Shown piece by piece: positions 41,347 through 51,133 of a DNA stretch of 64,000 nt. The notes under the pieces are model-generated. The model ran no database searches and was not told where the DNA came from. It was given only the letters and a program-made list of their open reading frames with translations. The DNA is from Acidobacteriota bacterium (GTDB lineage Bacteria; Acidobacteriota; UBA6911; RPQK01; JAJDTT01): contig OZ253580.1 in assembly GCA_965263035.1 (NCBI GenBank), forward strand, positions 3,008,001 to 3,072,000, written 5' to 3'. A program made the translations under genes and the position numbers. The number at the start of each line of letters is the position of its first letter. Position 1 is the stretch's first letter.

Positions 41347-42168
41347 ATGTCGCTAGGCGTGGTCGTCAAGGGCCCCGAGGGGGCAGTACTGGCAGCGGAT
41401 ACCCGAGTGACTGTTACTGGTCGACGTCGTAATGGTCCTGAGATACCTGTCAACTTCGACAATGCGACCAAACTCCTTACGTTCGACGAACCGCACAACT
41501 GGGTCGCCGCAGTAACGTATGGGATCGCGGTCATCGGCACGAGAACGGCTCATAGCTTCATGCCGGAGTTCGGACTGGAACTGGGCAACGATCGGCTGTC
41601 GACTAGCGAGTACGCATGCCGCCTGAGCGAATTCTTCAGACGTCAATGGGAAGAGGCCGGAATGCCGAGGCAAGGGTCGGAGTCAGGAGGAATGACTTTC
41701 GTCGTCGCCGGGTATGATGCCGACAAACCGTATGGAAGCGTGCATCTCTTTAGTATTCCCAACTCTCCGGACCCGCAGCCGAGAAACCCGAATGATTTTG
41801 GTATGACTTGGGGTGGGCAATTACAGATAGTGAGTCGCATAATTCACGGATTTGACCCTAACCTGCTTGGATTGCTGCGTCAGCGATTCAATTTGTCAGA
41901 TTCTCAGACTCGGGAGTTTGCGAACGCTCTCAGACTAAATTTGGAGTACACGATCCCCTATAGCGTACTTCCACTTCAGGACTGCGTCGATCTCGCGACC
42001 TTCCTGATCAGAACCACGATGACCGCCCAGAGTCTTGCCGTTGGATTACGAGGTGTCGGTGGTGCCATCGACGTGGCGACGATAACCCGAAGAGACGGCC
42101 TGAAGTGGGTCCAGAAAAAAAGAATACGCGGAGAGAATCGCCATGTCAGACCAAACTTCGACCACTAG
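41347..42168 (+). CDS. Proteasome-subunit-like Ntn-hydrolase
   Basis: (M)SLGVVVKGPEGAVLAADTRVT...ATKL, FVVAGYD, VGGAIDVATIT; lower GC than flanks. Confidence 0.65.
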   Translation: MSLGVVVKGPEGAVLAADTRVTVTGRRRNGPEIPVNFDNATKLLTFDEPHNWVAAVTYGIAVIGTRTAHSFMPEFGLELGNDRLSTSEYACRLSEFFRRQWEEAGMPRQGSESGGMTFVVAGYDADKPYGSVHLFSIPNSPDPQPRNPNDFGMTWGGQLQIVSRIIHGFDPNLLGLLRQRFNLSDSQTREFANALRLNLEYTIPYSVLPLQDCVDLATFLIRTTMTAQSLAVGLRGVGGAIDVATITRRDGLKWVQKKRIRGENRHVRPNFDH

Positions 42169-42460
42169 CATGAAAAGCTGGATGCGTTCTGGGTGGAGGA
42201 TTCTTCCTGGTAACATCCTCGCAGAAAGTGAAGCGTTGATACCCCCTGCGCCTGCGGCGACCATGGACATATTCGATGAACGAGATAAATCGGAAAATCT
42301 GCTGCAAGAGAATCACGACTCCAATTGCGATTGGGAGCTCTTGGAAGATCTGGCCGATGCACAAAAAGCGTTGGAAGAGTACGACGCTGTAGGTATCGAG
42401 GGCACTATCCCTTACAGCGAGTACCGAGCAAAGCGACTTGGTTCGAAATACCGAGTATGA
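42143..42460 (+). CDS. Putative antitoxin (acidic C-terminus)
   Basis: Overlaps the RelE gene; ELLEDLADAQKALEE...TIPYSEYR resembles RelB-type tails. Confidence 0.55.
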   Translation: MSDQTSTTSMKSWMRSGWRILPGNILAESEALIPPAPAATMDIFDERDKSENLLQENHDSNCDWELLEDLADAQKALEEYDAVGIEGTIPYSEYRAKRLGSKYRV

Positions 42461-42704
42461 TGTTCGGCTAACCCCTCATGCCGAGCGCGATCTTCAGCGC
42501 CTGTCCGCTACGGACTTTCGTCGAGTCGATAAGCGCATCGTATCGTTGGCGCAAGACCCGCGTCCCCACGGTGTTCGAAAACTTTGGCAAAAGGCCCATC
42601 GGTTACGCGTCGGTCCTTGGAGAATCATCTACATCATCGATGACTCCAAGGGAATCGTTCTGGTAAACAAAGTCGTTCGCCGAGAGAAAAATACCTACCG
42701 CTGA
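42438..42704 (+). CDS. RelE/ParE-family toxin
   Basis: YDVRLTPHAERDL, LAQDPRPHGVRKL, RLRVGPWRIIY, RREKNTYR. Confidence 0.88.
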   Translation: MVRNTEYDVRLTPHAERDLQRLSATDFRRVDKRIVSLAQDPRPHGVRKLWQKAHRLRVGPWRIIYIIDDSKGIVLVNKVVRREKNTYR

Positions 42705-42723
42705 ATTGACCACGTAAATGCGG

Positions 42724-43117
42724 GGCTTTGCGGCGACGGTGACGTGGATGTCTCCATGCGGTCCGGATGCAGCGGACTGTTCTTCTCGGACGCCCGCCTG
42801 GGCATGCGGGTTCGGCAAGGGGATGCGCTGGGAATGATCCGGGATCTGGACGGCACGCCCTTGGAGGAAGTCCGGAGCCCTCAGGATGGGGTGCTGGTGA
42901 TGTTCCGAACCAATCCCCGCATCTTCGCCGGCGAGATCCTGCTGGTCGTCAACGCCTGATCCGGCACCTCGGGCGTGGCCGTTCCTCTTTGGGCTCCAAG
43001 GGACGGTTCAGTCCAACTTTCTGATCTTGAGGTTCCGGAACCAGACCGGATCGCTGTGGTCCTGAAGGACGATGTGACCCATGTCCATGAGCCCGTAGTG
43101 GGAGAGATCCTTGAACT
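42724..43117 (+). repeat. 394-bp diverged direct repeat, right copy (includes orphan 3' fragment of desuccinylase gene, 42724-42959)
   Basis: LCGDGDVDVSMRSG...RIFAGEILLVVNA* paralogous to 40857-41092. Confidence 0.9.
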
Positions 43118-43742
43118 TGCTGGCGGCCACCCTCTGTTTCCAGTCCTCGCTGCGCAGCTCGTACTCCACGATCTTCTCGCCGTTCATCCAGTGCTCCACG
43201 TGGTTGCCGTGGGCGACGATTCCCACTTGGTTCCACTCGCCGGCCTTTCGAACCACGTCCTTTGCGGGGGGATGAAGAGCGTAGTTGGCGCCGGCGCTGG
43301 TCTCCCGCTTGGCGCCGTCGCGGTGGCCGGCATCGTCCAGAACCTGCATCTCCGGTCCCGTGAACCAGAGGCTTTCGAAGTCCTCGCTGGCCCGAAAGAA
43401 AATGCCGCTGTTGCCGGCCTCCAGGACCTTCCATTCCAGCCGCAAATCGAAGTTGCCGTACTCTTCCCGCGTGATGATGTCCCCGGCCCGGACCTTTCCG
43501 GCGTAGTGGATGGAGTCGTCGTTGACTTCCCACCCTTTCGGAACCTCCTGGCTCCTGAAACCTCGCCACTGATCCAGGCTCTTGCCGTCGAAGAGCAACG
43601 TCCAACCTTCGGCCCGCTCCTCCTCGGTCAGGGTGTTCAACATCGGGGCCGCCTCCTCCTCCATCGCCGGCTCGGAGTCGGGTGCGGCGCAGGAGGCGAA
43701 GCAAACCAATATTCCCGAAAGCAGGGTTTTCGTTCTTGTCAT
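43008..43742 (-). CDS. DUF1080 (3-keto-disaccharide hydrolase family) lipoprotein
   Basis: FASC lipobox, GWTLLFDGKSLDQW, NSGIFF, EMQVLD, GHIVLQDH. Confidence 0.88.
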   Translation of the reverse strand: MTRTKTLLSGILVCFASCAAPDSEPAMEEEAAPMLNTLTEEERAEGWTLLFDGKSLDQWRGFRSQEVPKGWEVNDDSIHYAGKVRAGDIITREEYGNFDLRLEWKVLEAGNSGIFFRASEDFESLWFTGPEMQVLDDAGHRDGAKRETSAGANYALHPPAKDVVRKAGEWNQVGIVAHGNHVEHWMNGEKIVEYELRSEDWKQRVAASKFKDLSHYGLMDMGHIVLQDHSDPVWFRNLKIRKLD

Positions 43743-43777
43743 GATGGTCTCCATCAAGGTCCGGGAAGAGAGGAGCC

Positions 43778-44629
43778 TCACACCCGGACGAATTTGGTCA
43801 GGCTGCCGTTGACGCCCACCTCGCCGATGTAGAGGTCGCCCCGGCTGTCCCCCCAGATGGCGTGGGGAAAGCCTGGGAACTGCCCGGGACCGTCCCCCTT
43901 TTCGCCCCAGCGGGAAAGCAGCCGGCCGTCTCGGCTCAGAACGCTGACTCGGTGTTCGATTTCCGAAACGAACACGGTCTCGTCCGGATCGAACCAGACG
44001 AAATCGGGTTGGAGCAGATCGGTCCACTCCCTCAAGTAGTTTCCGTCGCCGTCGAAGATCTGAATCCGGTTGTTGGAGCGGTCGCAGACATAGACCAGAT
44101 AATCGGAATCGACCCAGACGTCGTGAACCAGATCGAATTGCCCGGGTCCCGTGCCCGGCTCGCCCCAGCTCTTCAGGAGCACGCCGTCCGGCGAGAACTT
44201 GTGCACTTTGGCGTTGCCGTAACCGTCGCTGACGAACAGGCAACCGTCGGGGGCGATGGCGAGATCCGTGGGCAGATTGAAAGGCAGACCCGGAGGACGG
44301 GGGACGCCAGGCGTGCCCAAGGTCCACTGGAGCTCTCCGTCTGACGTGAGCTTGTGGACGCAGTGGCTCCTCCACTCGGTGCAGTAGAGGTTGTCTTCCG
44401 CGTCGATGCGGAGGCCGTGCGCGTTGTGCAGCAGATCCTCGCCCCAGGAGGTGAGGAAGTTTCCGTCCCGGTCGAAGACCACCATGGGGTGCTCGCTTCG
44501 GCTGTGGACGTAGACTCGGTCCCGGCTGTCGACGGCGATGGCCGGAATCCAGCCGAAGCTCCAACCCGACGGAAGCTTGGCCCAATCGCGCACCGGTTCG
44601 TATTGGTAGTCACCTTGTCCCACCCGCAT
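43778..44629 (-). CDS. NHL-repeat protein (PAL-like beta-propeller)
   Basis: FNLPTDLA, SDGYGN, WGEPGTGPGQF, DRSNNRIQIFD. Confidence 0.88.
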   Translation of the reverse strand: MRVGQGDYQYEPVRDWAKLPSGWSFGWIPAIAVDSRDRVYVHSRSEHPMVVFDRDGNFLTSWGEDLLHNAHGLRIDAEDNLYCTEWRSHCVHKLTSDGELQWTLGTPGVPRPPGLPFNLPTDLAIAPDGCLFVSDGYGNAKVHKFSPDGVLLKSWGEPGTGPGQFDLVHDVWVDSDYLVYVCDRSNNRIQIFDGDGNYLREWTDLLQPDFVWFDPDETVFVSEIEHRVSVLSRDGRLLSRWGEKGDGPGQFPGFPHAIWGDSRGDLYIGEVGVNGSLTKFVRV

Positions 44630-44778
44630 CTGGTCTTCTCCCTGATTGGAGTGGAATTGGAACACCCGCACCTAGCGCTGTCAACCGGCGGGCGTTCCGT
44701 ATTTCCCACGTTGCTCTGAAAGTCAAAGGCGACTCCGCCTGGATCTTCTCGGAGCATCTCCTTGAAGGTGAAGTTCAG

Positions 44779-45588
44779 CTACGGGTCGGCCAGCAGCCGC
44801 AGGAGAACGTCCCTGGAAATCAGAGCCATGTCCTGTCTCCGTTCCAGAAATGGCGAAACGTCCCGAAGAGCCTGTTCCCAGTCAATCGTGTTCAGTTTGT
44901 CCCTGATCAGCTCTCGCCAGTTCGCCGGTGTGACGACGGGTGCGTCCCTACCCGACTGCCGGAGGGCGTTGTTCAACTGAACCAGGTTCGGAGCCGGCCA
45001 AGTGGGATCAGCAAGGTACCAACCCAAGTCATACAGGTCACGCCCCTTCGTATACTTGCGAGTCAGCACTGCATGCAGCTTGCCGGCCAGTAATGAGGGC
45101 CGGTCGTAGTGAAGGAGATTCAACCAGACGAAGCGACGCACCAAGCGCGTCGTTGTGCGCGCACCGCGGGGAGGGCGTGTGTCGATTTCAACCTTCACCA
45201 TGATCACTTCGTTGGGGTGGGGAGACAGCCCGATCTCGTATAGGAGTCCACGCATCTTTATCGCGGCGGTTGCCACCGGGGGGCGCGGGCGGGACAGTAT
45301 CTCCACGTCATATCCCTCCAGCGCAAGATCCCTGCCGACGGACTGAATGTGCTTTTCGAATCGGGCATTCTCTCCCGGCGTAGCGAGGGAGAAATCGAGA
45401 TCCTCGGAATAGCGGGGAAGCTGGAACAGGAACCGCAGGGCCGTACCTCCGACAAAGGCCCACTCGCTGAAGGCCCCAGCGTCCTGAAGGGCCAGAAGAA
45501 TTCGCGCCTGCAAGTATTCCCGGGCGGTGCTGCGCCGCCGGAAATCATCAACCTGATCCCGGAGGATCTCCAACAGAAGGGGTTTCAT
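44779..45588 (-). CDS. AbiEii nucleotidyltransferase toxin (type IV TA)
   Basis: FVGGTALR, RYSEDLDF, KLHA, KGRDLYD. Confidence 0.9.
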   Translation of the reverse strand: MKPLLLEILRDQVDDFRRRSTAREYLQARILLALQDAGAFSEWAFVGGTALRFLFQLPRYSEDLDFSLATPGENARFEKHIQSVGRDLALEGYDVEILSRPRPPVATAAIKMRGLLYEIGLSPHPNEVIMVKVEIDTRPPRGARTTTRLVRRFVWLNLLHYDRPSLLAGKLHAVLTRKYTKGRDLYDLGWYLADPTWPAPNLVQLNNALRQSGRDAPVVTPANWRELIRDKLNTIDWEQALRDVSPFLERRQDMALISRDVLLRLLADP

Positions 45589-46214
45589 CTCGGATCTCGA
45601 TTCTCCCAGAGTTCCAGAAGCCGCTCCACGGCGCGTTCGATCTTGGCGGATCGACACCTCTCAACGACGGCGTGGAGGCCTTCCAGGTCGAGTCCACGGG
45701 GCCTTTCAAGCCGAAGTTCCCACAGGTATTCGACGCGGTCGCTGTGCGGAGTCAGGTAGAGCAGGTCGACCAGCGCCTTTTCCGGACTGGCAAGCAATGC
45801 CATCTGGTCTCTTGCGATTTCCGTTTCCCCAAACCCGAAGAGAAGAGGGATGCGGACATGCCGGAACTGGAAACGTCCTATGGGCGTCGAAAGCTCTTCC
45901 GGACGGCCGGTCGTGACGCTGGTAGTGACCGGAACGTATTCCGGGATCATGCCGTGGTGGGCCAACGCGGATTGCAGACTGACGTAGGAGGCTTTCTTGA
46001 GCGCGTTCGCCACCGTGAAGGGATGAGCCGACGTCTTGGAGTAGAGATCCGACAGCAGGTACACGCCGCGCCTCAACCGGATGACTCGTTCGCTCTTGAC
46101 CCATCGGTCCAGTTGCCGCCTGACATGGGCAGGCGAGGTTTGCCCAGCGAGAATCTGGCCCGTTCTGAATACCCCATTGGGAGGTGCTACTGTGAGCAAG
46201 TCTCCGAATTTCAT
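45585..46214 (-). CDS. AbiEi-like antitoxin / transcriptional regulator
   Basis: IRLRRGVY, SYVSLQSALAHHGMIPE, ASPEKALVD; ATGA coupling to the toxin. Confidence 0.87.
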   Translation of the reverse strand: MKFGDLLTVAPPNGVFRTGQILAGQTSPAHVRRQLDRWVKSERVIRLRRGVYLLSDLYSKTSAHPFTVANALKKASYVSLQSALAHHGMIPEYVPVTTSVTTGRPEELSTPIGRFQFRHVRIPLLFGFGETEIARDQMALLASPEKALVDLLYLTPHSDRVEYLWELRLERPRGLDLEGLHAVVERCRSAKIERAVERLLELWENRDPR

Positions 46215-46400
46215 AGCGCCAAATTGTCATATTTGTCTATTTATTGCAACGAAATACGATCACAGATAAATACGTTGAAGTTTCTCCCAATTGATATTAA
46301 CCTTTGTTGGCGGTGGCCGGTATCTGATGAATCGGCCGTCGAGAGACGCAATTCAGAGATCAAGGTGCCACCGGGCGCCAAAGCTCAGAAAGGATGAATC

Positions 46401-46727
46401 ATGAGAAAACCCGTCTTCGCAATCGCCTACGTCGTCGTTCTGCTGGCAGCCGCGGGTCTCGTCATGGGTGCCCACCATGTCAAGACCCTCAAGGGTGAAG
46501 GCACCTGCGCCAAGTGCGGCTTGGGCGAAACGGCTTCCTGTCAGAATGCCATCCAGGTGAAGAAGGATGGGAAGACCGTCACCTATTACATGGTCCACAA
46601 CGACGTTGCCAAGAAGTTTCATGGCAACGTCTGCCAGGGCAGCAAGAGCATCAAGGCCAAGGGCACCGTGGCCAAAGAGGGCGGAAAGATGATGCTGACC
46701 GCCTCCTCGATCAAGGTGGTCGAATAG
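46401..46727 (+). CDS. Small secreted Cys-containing protein (DUF6370-like)
   Basis: Signal peptide; GEGTCAKC...CQNAI...HGNVC. Confidence 0.7.
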   Translation: MRKPVFAIAYVVVLLAAAGLVMGAHHVKTLKGEGTCAKCGLGETASCQNAIQVKKDGKTVTYYMVHNDVAKKFHGNVCQGSKSIKAKGTVAKEGGKMMLTASSIKVVE

Positions 46728-46908
46728 AGGGGTTCACCCTCCACGGCTCGCAATCTCGCATTCTCACGTCAGTCCGACACTCTACCGGAGTCGGACTGGC
46801 GTGGATCGTGCGGGCTCTTGAGCCTCGTTCCCTATCTTTCAGGCGACGCAGGAACCGGGCGGCTCGTACCAGTCGCCCGAATGAGCCGTAGTCGAAGGCT
46901 CAACTCCC

Positions 46909-47175
46909 ATGTCTGCCCCTTCCAAGCTCCTGGTTCTGCTTGGGGTAGTTCTTTTTGTGGGCTACCTCCTGTATTCCAGTCTGAGTCTCCGCAAGTTCAG
47001 TTGCGAGGTCTGTGTCGAATTCCGAGGCCAGACCGTTTGCCGCACGGCGGCCGGGGCGACTCGGGAAGAAGCCCAGAGAACGGCTGTAGAGCTCGCCTGC
47101 GCCGTATTGTCCTCGGGCCGGACGGAGAGCATGCGGTGCAACGAGACGCCACCCAAGAGCGTTCGCTGGAAGTGA
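46909..47175 (+). CDS. Small membrane-anchored Cys-rich hypothetical protein
   Basis: N-terminal TM helix; CEVC...C...C...C. Confidence 0.7.
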   Translation: MSAPSKLLVLLGVVLFVGYLLYSSLSLRKFSCEVCVEFRGQTVCRTAAGATREEAQRTAVELACAVLSSGRTESMRCNETPPKSVRWK

Positions 47176-47221
47176 GGTCCAATCTTCGATTCCCTCGGTT
47201 TTCGAATCTGGCGGGAAGACA

Positions 47222-47608
47222 ATGCACGTAGAAGTCCGAAACCTGGAGGATGTGATCCTCGTCGATCTGGAAGGCCGCCTGGTGGCGGGGGTCGGGGATC
47301 AGATGCTCCGGGACGTCATGAATGAGCTGATCGCCGAGGGTTGGCAGAAGATCCTGTTGAATCTCTCCGGCGTCTCCTGGATCGACAGTTCCGGCATCGG
47401 TGAACTGGTTGCCGGAATCCGTCTGGCCAAACGTTTCAACTGCTCGGTGAAGCTCCTGAGAGCGGGCGACCGGGTCAGGCACGTTCTCTCTCTCAGCCAA
47501 CTCCTGCCCCTTCTGGAGATCTACGAGACCGAGCAGGAGGCCCTGGACCGGTTTCGCGGTGAAAACCCGTCTCCTCCGCCGGAAGGGACCGGTTCAGATC
47601 GGCAGTGA
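47222..47608 (+). CDS. STAS-domain anti-sigma factor antagonist
   Basis: LNLSGVSWIDSSGIGELV. Confidence 0.9.
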   Translation: MHVEVRNLEDVILVDLEGRLVAGVGDQMLRDVMNELIAEGWQKILLNLSGVSWIDSSGIGELVAGIRLAKRFNCSVKLLRAGDRVRHVLSLSQLLPLLEIYETEQEALDRFRGENPSPPPEGTGSDRQ

Positions 47609-48796
47609 GTCTCCGGGTGCGAGAATGGGGGGAGAGCAGGACACGGACTCCGGGTATTTGAGTCCGGATCCGGTGTTGAGAAGAAGCACCCTCTCGCCGG
47701 GCCGGATCCATCCTGATTGACTCAGTTTCCGCGCCGCGGCCAGAGTGGCCGCCCCCTCCGGACAGATGAAAGTTCCCTCGCTACGGGCCAGCAGCCGTTG
47801 TGCCTGAAGGATCTCCTCGTCCGAGGTCTCGACGGCGCAGCCCCCTGTGTCATACAGAGCGTCCAGAACCAGAAAGTCACCCAAGGCCTTCGGGACCGTG
47901 ATCCCGAAAGCGACGGTCTTGGCACCGGTCCAGAACTCCGATTCCCGGCGGCCGGACTCCCAGGCGCGGACAATGGGAGCGCAGCCGCTGGATTGGACGG
48001 CCACCATTCGGGGAAAAGGCCGATCCAGCCATCCCAGCTCCCGGAGTTCCCGGAAGACTTTGTGAATGCCGATGAGCCCCACGCCGCCCCCGGTGGGGTA
48101 AATGATCACGTCCGGGAGCTGCCACCGGAACTGCTCTGCCAACTCCAGTCCCATGGTCTTCTTGCCCTCGATCCGGTAGGGCTCCTTCAGGGTCGAGGCG
48201 TCATACCAGCCGTGCCGCTTCACGCCGCCGGCCACCTGACGACCCGCGTCGCTGATCAAGCCGTCCACCAGGTAGAAGGTCGCACCCGTCACGGCGCACT
48301 CCTTGCGGTGGATCAGGGGAGCATCCGTGGGCATGACGATGACGCATTCGATGCCGGCGGCTGCGCTGTAAGCTGCCCACGCGGCCCCGGCGTTGCCGTT
48401 GGTGGGCATGGCCAGGGCATCGACCCCAAGCTCCCGGGCTCGAGAGACGCCGACGGCGGCGCCCCGGGCCTTGAAGGTCCCGGTCGGCAATAGGCCTTCA
48501 TCCTTCATGTAGAGCCTGGAAATCCCGACTTGGGCACCGGCCCGGTGCAATCTCAACAGCGGTGTCATCTGCTCTCCCAGGGAAACCCGCGCATCCGGGT
48601 CGCGGAGGGGAAGCAGTTCCCGATACCGCCAGAGGTTCTGCTCACGTCCTCCGAATTCCGCCGGGTGCACCGTCTCCCGAACACGATTCAGGTCGTAACG
48701 AACCAGAAGCGGTCCGCCGCAGCCGCAGAGGTGGGCCCGCTTATCGCAATCGTGGGTAGCCTTGCAGCGTGAGCACTCCAAATGGGTAAAAAACAT
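47594..48796 (-). CDS. thrC: Threonine synthase family (PLP)
   Basis: N-terminal Zn motif, KDEGLLPTGTFKARG, EGKKT, PTGGGVG, NTGSGLKY. Confidence 0.88.
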   Translation of the reverse strand: MFFTHLECSRCKATHDCDKRAHLCGCGGPLLVRYDLNRVRETVHPAEFGGREQNLWRYRELLPLRDPDARVSLGEQMTPLLRLHRAGAQVGISRLYMKDEGLLPTGTFKARGAAVGVSRARELGVDALAMPTNGNAGAAWAAYSAAAGIECVIVMPTDAPLIHRKECAVTGATFYLVDGLISDAGRQVAGGVKRHGWYDASTLKEPYRIEGKKTMGLELAEQFRWQLPDVIIYPTGGGVGLIGIHKVFRELRELGWLDRPFPRMVAVQSSGCAPIVRAWESGRRESEFWTGAKTVAFGITVPKALGDFLVLDALYDTGGCAVETSDEEILQAQRLLARSEGTFICPEGAATLAAARKLSQSGWIRPGERVLLLNTGSGLKYPESVSCSPPILAPGDSLPI

Positions 48797-48932
48797 GGAT
48801 CTCCTCTTTCTCCAGGGGCCGGAAACCCCGGCGACCGCACCGGGACATTATAATTTGACCGTATCGTCGTCGGCTCCGGTTCCCTTCATAATCGCCGATG
48901 GCTCGCGTGGCTGGCCGGAAGGAGCGCATGAC

Positions 48933-50051
48933 ATGTTGGTTCCCAAGGACGACTTTATCGGTCTTGACGATGTGGTCCATCTCTGCGCCGGGGGTGAGAC
49001 TCCCATTCTGAGAAGTCATCAGGACGCTGTGGCCCGTTTCTTCCGCGACAAGGCCAGGGGAGACGACGGCCGGCAACGGTTCGAAGAGACCTATCTGGAG
49101 TGCAAGGATAAGGCAGGGAGGCTCCTGAACGTCTCCCCGGAAGAAATCGGGTTTCTCTCCTCCACTTCGGAAGGGGTCAACCTGTTGGCTCACGGTCTGG
49201 ATTGGGAGCCGGGCGACAATGTGGTGGTGGCCGACCTGGAATTCCCTTCCGACGTCCTTCCCTGGACTCGCCTGGAGCGTCAGGGAGTGGAACTTCGCCT
49301 GGTGCGGCATCGCAATTGGCGGGTTTTCGTGTCTGATCTGGAATCGCATATCGACTCCAGGACCCGTGTGGTCGCGGTCAGCCTGGTGAGCTTTCTGACC
49401 GGGCAGCGGCAGCTGCTCAGTGAGCTCTCTCAACGGGTCCGGTCCACCGGGGCGCTTCTCAGCGTGGACGCGACCCACGCGGCGGGCGTCGTCCCGGTGG
49501 AAGCGGGCCTCGCCGACATCCTCATGAGCAGTTGCTACAAGTGGCTGCTGGGAACCCACGGGGTTTCCATCTTCTACTGGAATCGAAGTCGCCTGCCCGA
49601 CCTGAAGCCTCCGTTCCTGGGTTGGCACACTCCGGCCAGTCTCACCGGTTGGCGCCATCCTACCCGTTACGAGTTGCGGCCCGGCGCCGCCCGCTTTGAG
49701 GCCGGGAATCCAGCTTATATCTCGGTCTACATTCTGGACAACGCGCTGGACTACCTCTCCCGCGTGGGTCTTCCCGAGATCGAAAGCTATGTGTTGGATC
49801 TGAGCGAAAAGGTGTTGCGTGGACTCACCGAACTCGGCTTGGAGATCATGACTCCGTCCCGGCCCCAGGAACGCGCCGGCAATGTCTGCTTCGTCGCCCC
49901 CCAGGAGCGGGCCGTGATGCAATGGTTTGAACAGCGCGGAATCCTGATCTGGGGAGATTCCCGGCGGATTCGGGTGTCCACTCATCTCTACAACACCGCT
50001 GACGACGTGGAGAGATTGCTCGAAACTTTGAAGGACTGTCCTCTGGTCTGA
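48933..50051 (+). CDS. Class V aminotransferase / PLP-dependent enzyme
   Basis: STSEG, EFPS, VDATHAAG, SCYKWLLG, RVSTHLYN. Confidence 0.88.
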   Translation: MLVPKDDFIGLDDVVHLCAGGETPILRSHQDAVARFFRDKARGDDGRQRFEETYLECKDKAGRLLNVSPEEIGFLSSTSEGVNLLAHGLDWEPGDNVVVADLEFPSDVLPWTRLERQGVELRLVRHRNWRVFVSDLESHIDSRTRVVAVSLVSFLTGQRQLLSELSQRVRSTGALLSVDATHAAGVVPVEAGLADILMSSCYKWLLGTHGVSIFYWNRSRLPDLKPPFLGWHTPASLTGWRHPTRYELRPGAARFEAGNPAYISVYILDNALDYLSRVGLPEIESYVLDLSEKVLRGLTELGLEIMTPSRPQERAGNVCFVAPQERAVMQWFEQRGILIWGDSRRIRVSTHLYNTADDVERLLETLKDCPLV

Positions 50052-50054
50052 ACC

Positions 50055-50915
50055 ATGGCTGATCGTCCCGTGAATCTGGGTCCTCGGCAATTGGGAACGG
50101 GTACCGGATTCTCCCGGCCCGCCCCCCGCTGTCTCATGCTCCAGACGGAACATCCGCAGCTTGTGCGCGCAGCTGTGGAAAAGCTGAGGAAATCGAACCA
50201 GTATCCTGGATGCAGGGTGCTTCTGGTGTGCCGGCAGGAGGATCTCGGGTCTTTCCACGATCTTCCGGACGTGGAGTTTCTGACCTATGCCCGGTCGCGG
50301 GGCGATCGGTTCTCCGATCTATGGCGGGGGATGTCCGGTTTCCGTGCGGATCTGGTCTGTGGCGTCTTCAGCGGTCGTCCCGTCTTCCGGAAGCAAAAGC
50401 TTCTGTTCTTCCTGCTTCCCGTCCGGCGCCGGCTGATTTTCGATGCGCGGGCTCAGCCCCACCCGTTGCGGCTCCGGAACCTCCCCCAGATTCTCCGAAG
50501 GAGCCGGCACCAGGAGGCTCTTCCCGAGATGGGAGCGACGATCCTGTATCTGCCCACCGAAGAGGATTCTATTGCTCTGGATGTCCTGAGGAGGCTGCAA
50601 GACCGGAAGATCGTGGGTCCCGGCCGGATTCTGGTGTTCTGCTCAGACGTGAAGAAAATCTTCTACGAGTCGCGACCGGAAGTGAGCGAAGTGGTCACCT
50701 ATGGACTCAGGCAGAGCCTGAGAAACATGCGAACCGTCCTGAGACTGGCCAGGATGAAGGTCGACGTCATCGTGGCCATCCTATCGGGACGGCCCATATT
50801 CCGGGCCCACAAACGGCTGTTTTTTCTGCTCCCGGCTCGATCCCGACTGGTGTTCAACGAGCACGGGGACTGCCACTACGTCAAGCGGAACCTGTGCGAC
50901 CTGCTCGGTCTTTGA
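50055..50915 (+). CDS. Hypothetical protein with internal duplication; possibly truncated by a premature TGA
   Basis: Two copies of SGRP(V/I)FR...LFFLLP.R.RL.F; frame reopens to 51122. Confidence 0.6.
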   Translation: MADRPVNLGPRQLGTGTGFSRPAPRCLMLQTEHPQLVRAAVEKLRKSNQYPGCRVLLVCRQEDLGSFHDLPDVEFLTYARSRGDRFSDLWRGMSGFRADLVCGVFSGRPVFRKQKLLFFLLPVRRRLIFDARAQPHPLRLRNLPQILRRSRHQEALPEMGATILYLPTEEDSIALDVLRRLQDRKIVGPGRILVFCSDVKKIFYESRPEVSEVVTYGLRQSLRNMRTVLRLARMKVDVIVAILSGRPIFRAHKRLFFLLPARSRLVFNEHGDCHYVKRNLCDLLGL

Positions 50916-51133
50916 CGCACCCCGCCCCTGCCCAAGATCGAACCCTACCGGCGCATTTCGGGAAGAGAGTTCCGCTTCAGCGCGTCAATCCTGATCAAGG
51001 CAGTCCTGTTTCTTCCCCGTTATCTTTTCTTGATCCTGTGGCTGCGCCTGGGCAGCTTGAGGAAGGGCGGGTCGAAGCGTCTCACCGTTTTCAGAAAGGG
51101 GAGCTTCGGATCGCGGAACTAGTCAACCGCTAG

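Noticed and set aside
50913-50915. Selenocysteine codon
   Set aside because: No redox-motif context and no evident SECIS hairpin immediately downstream.
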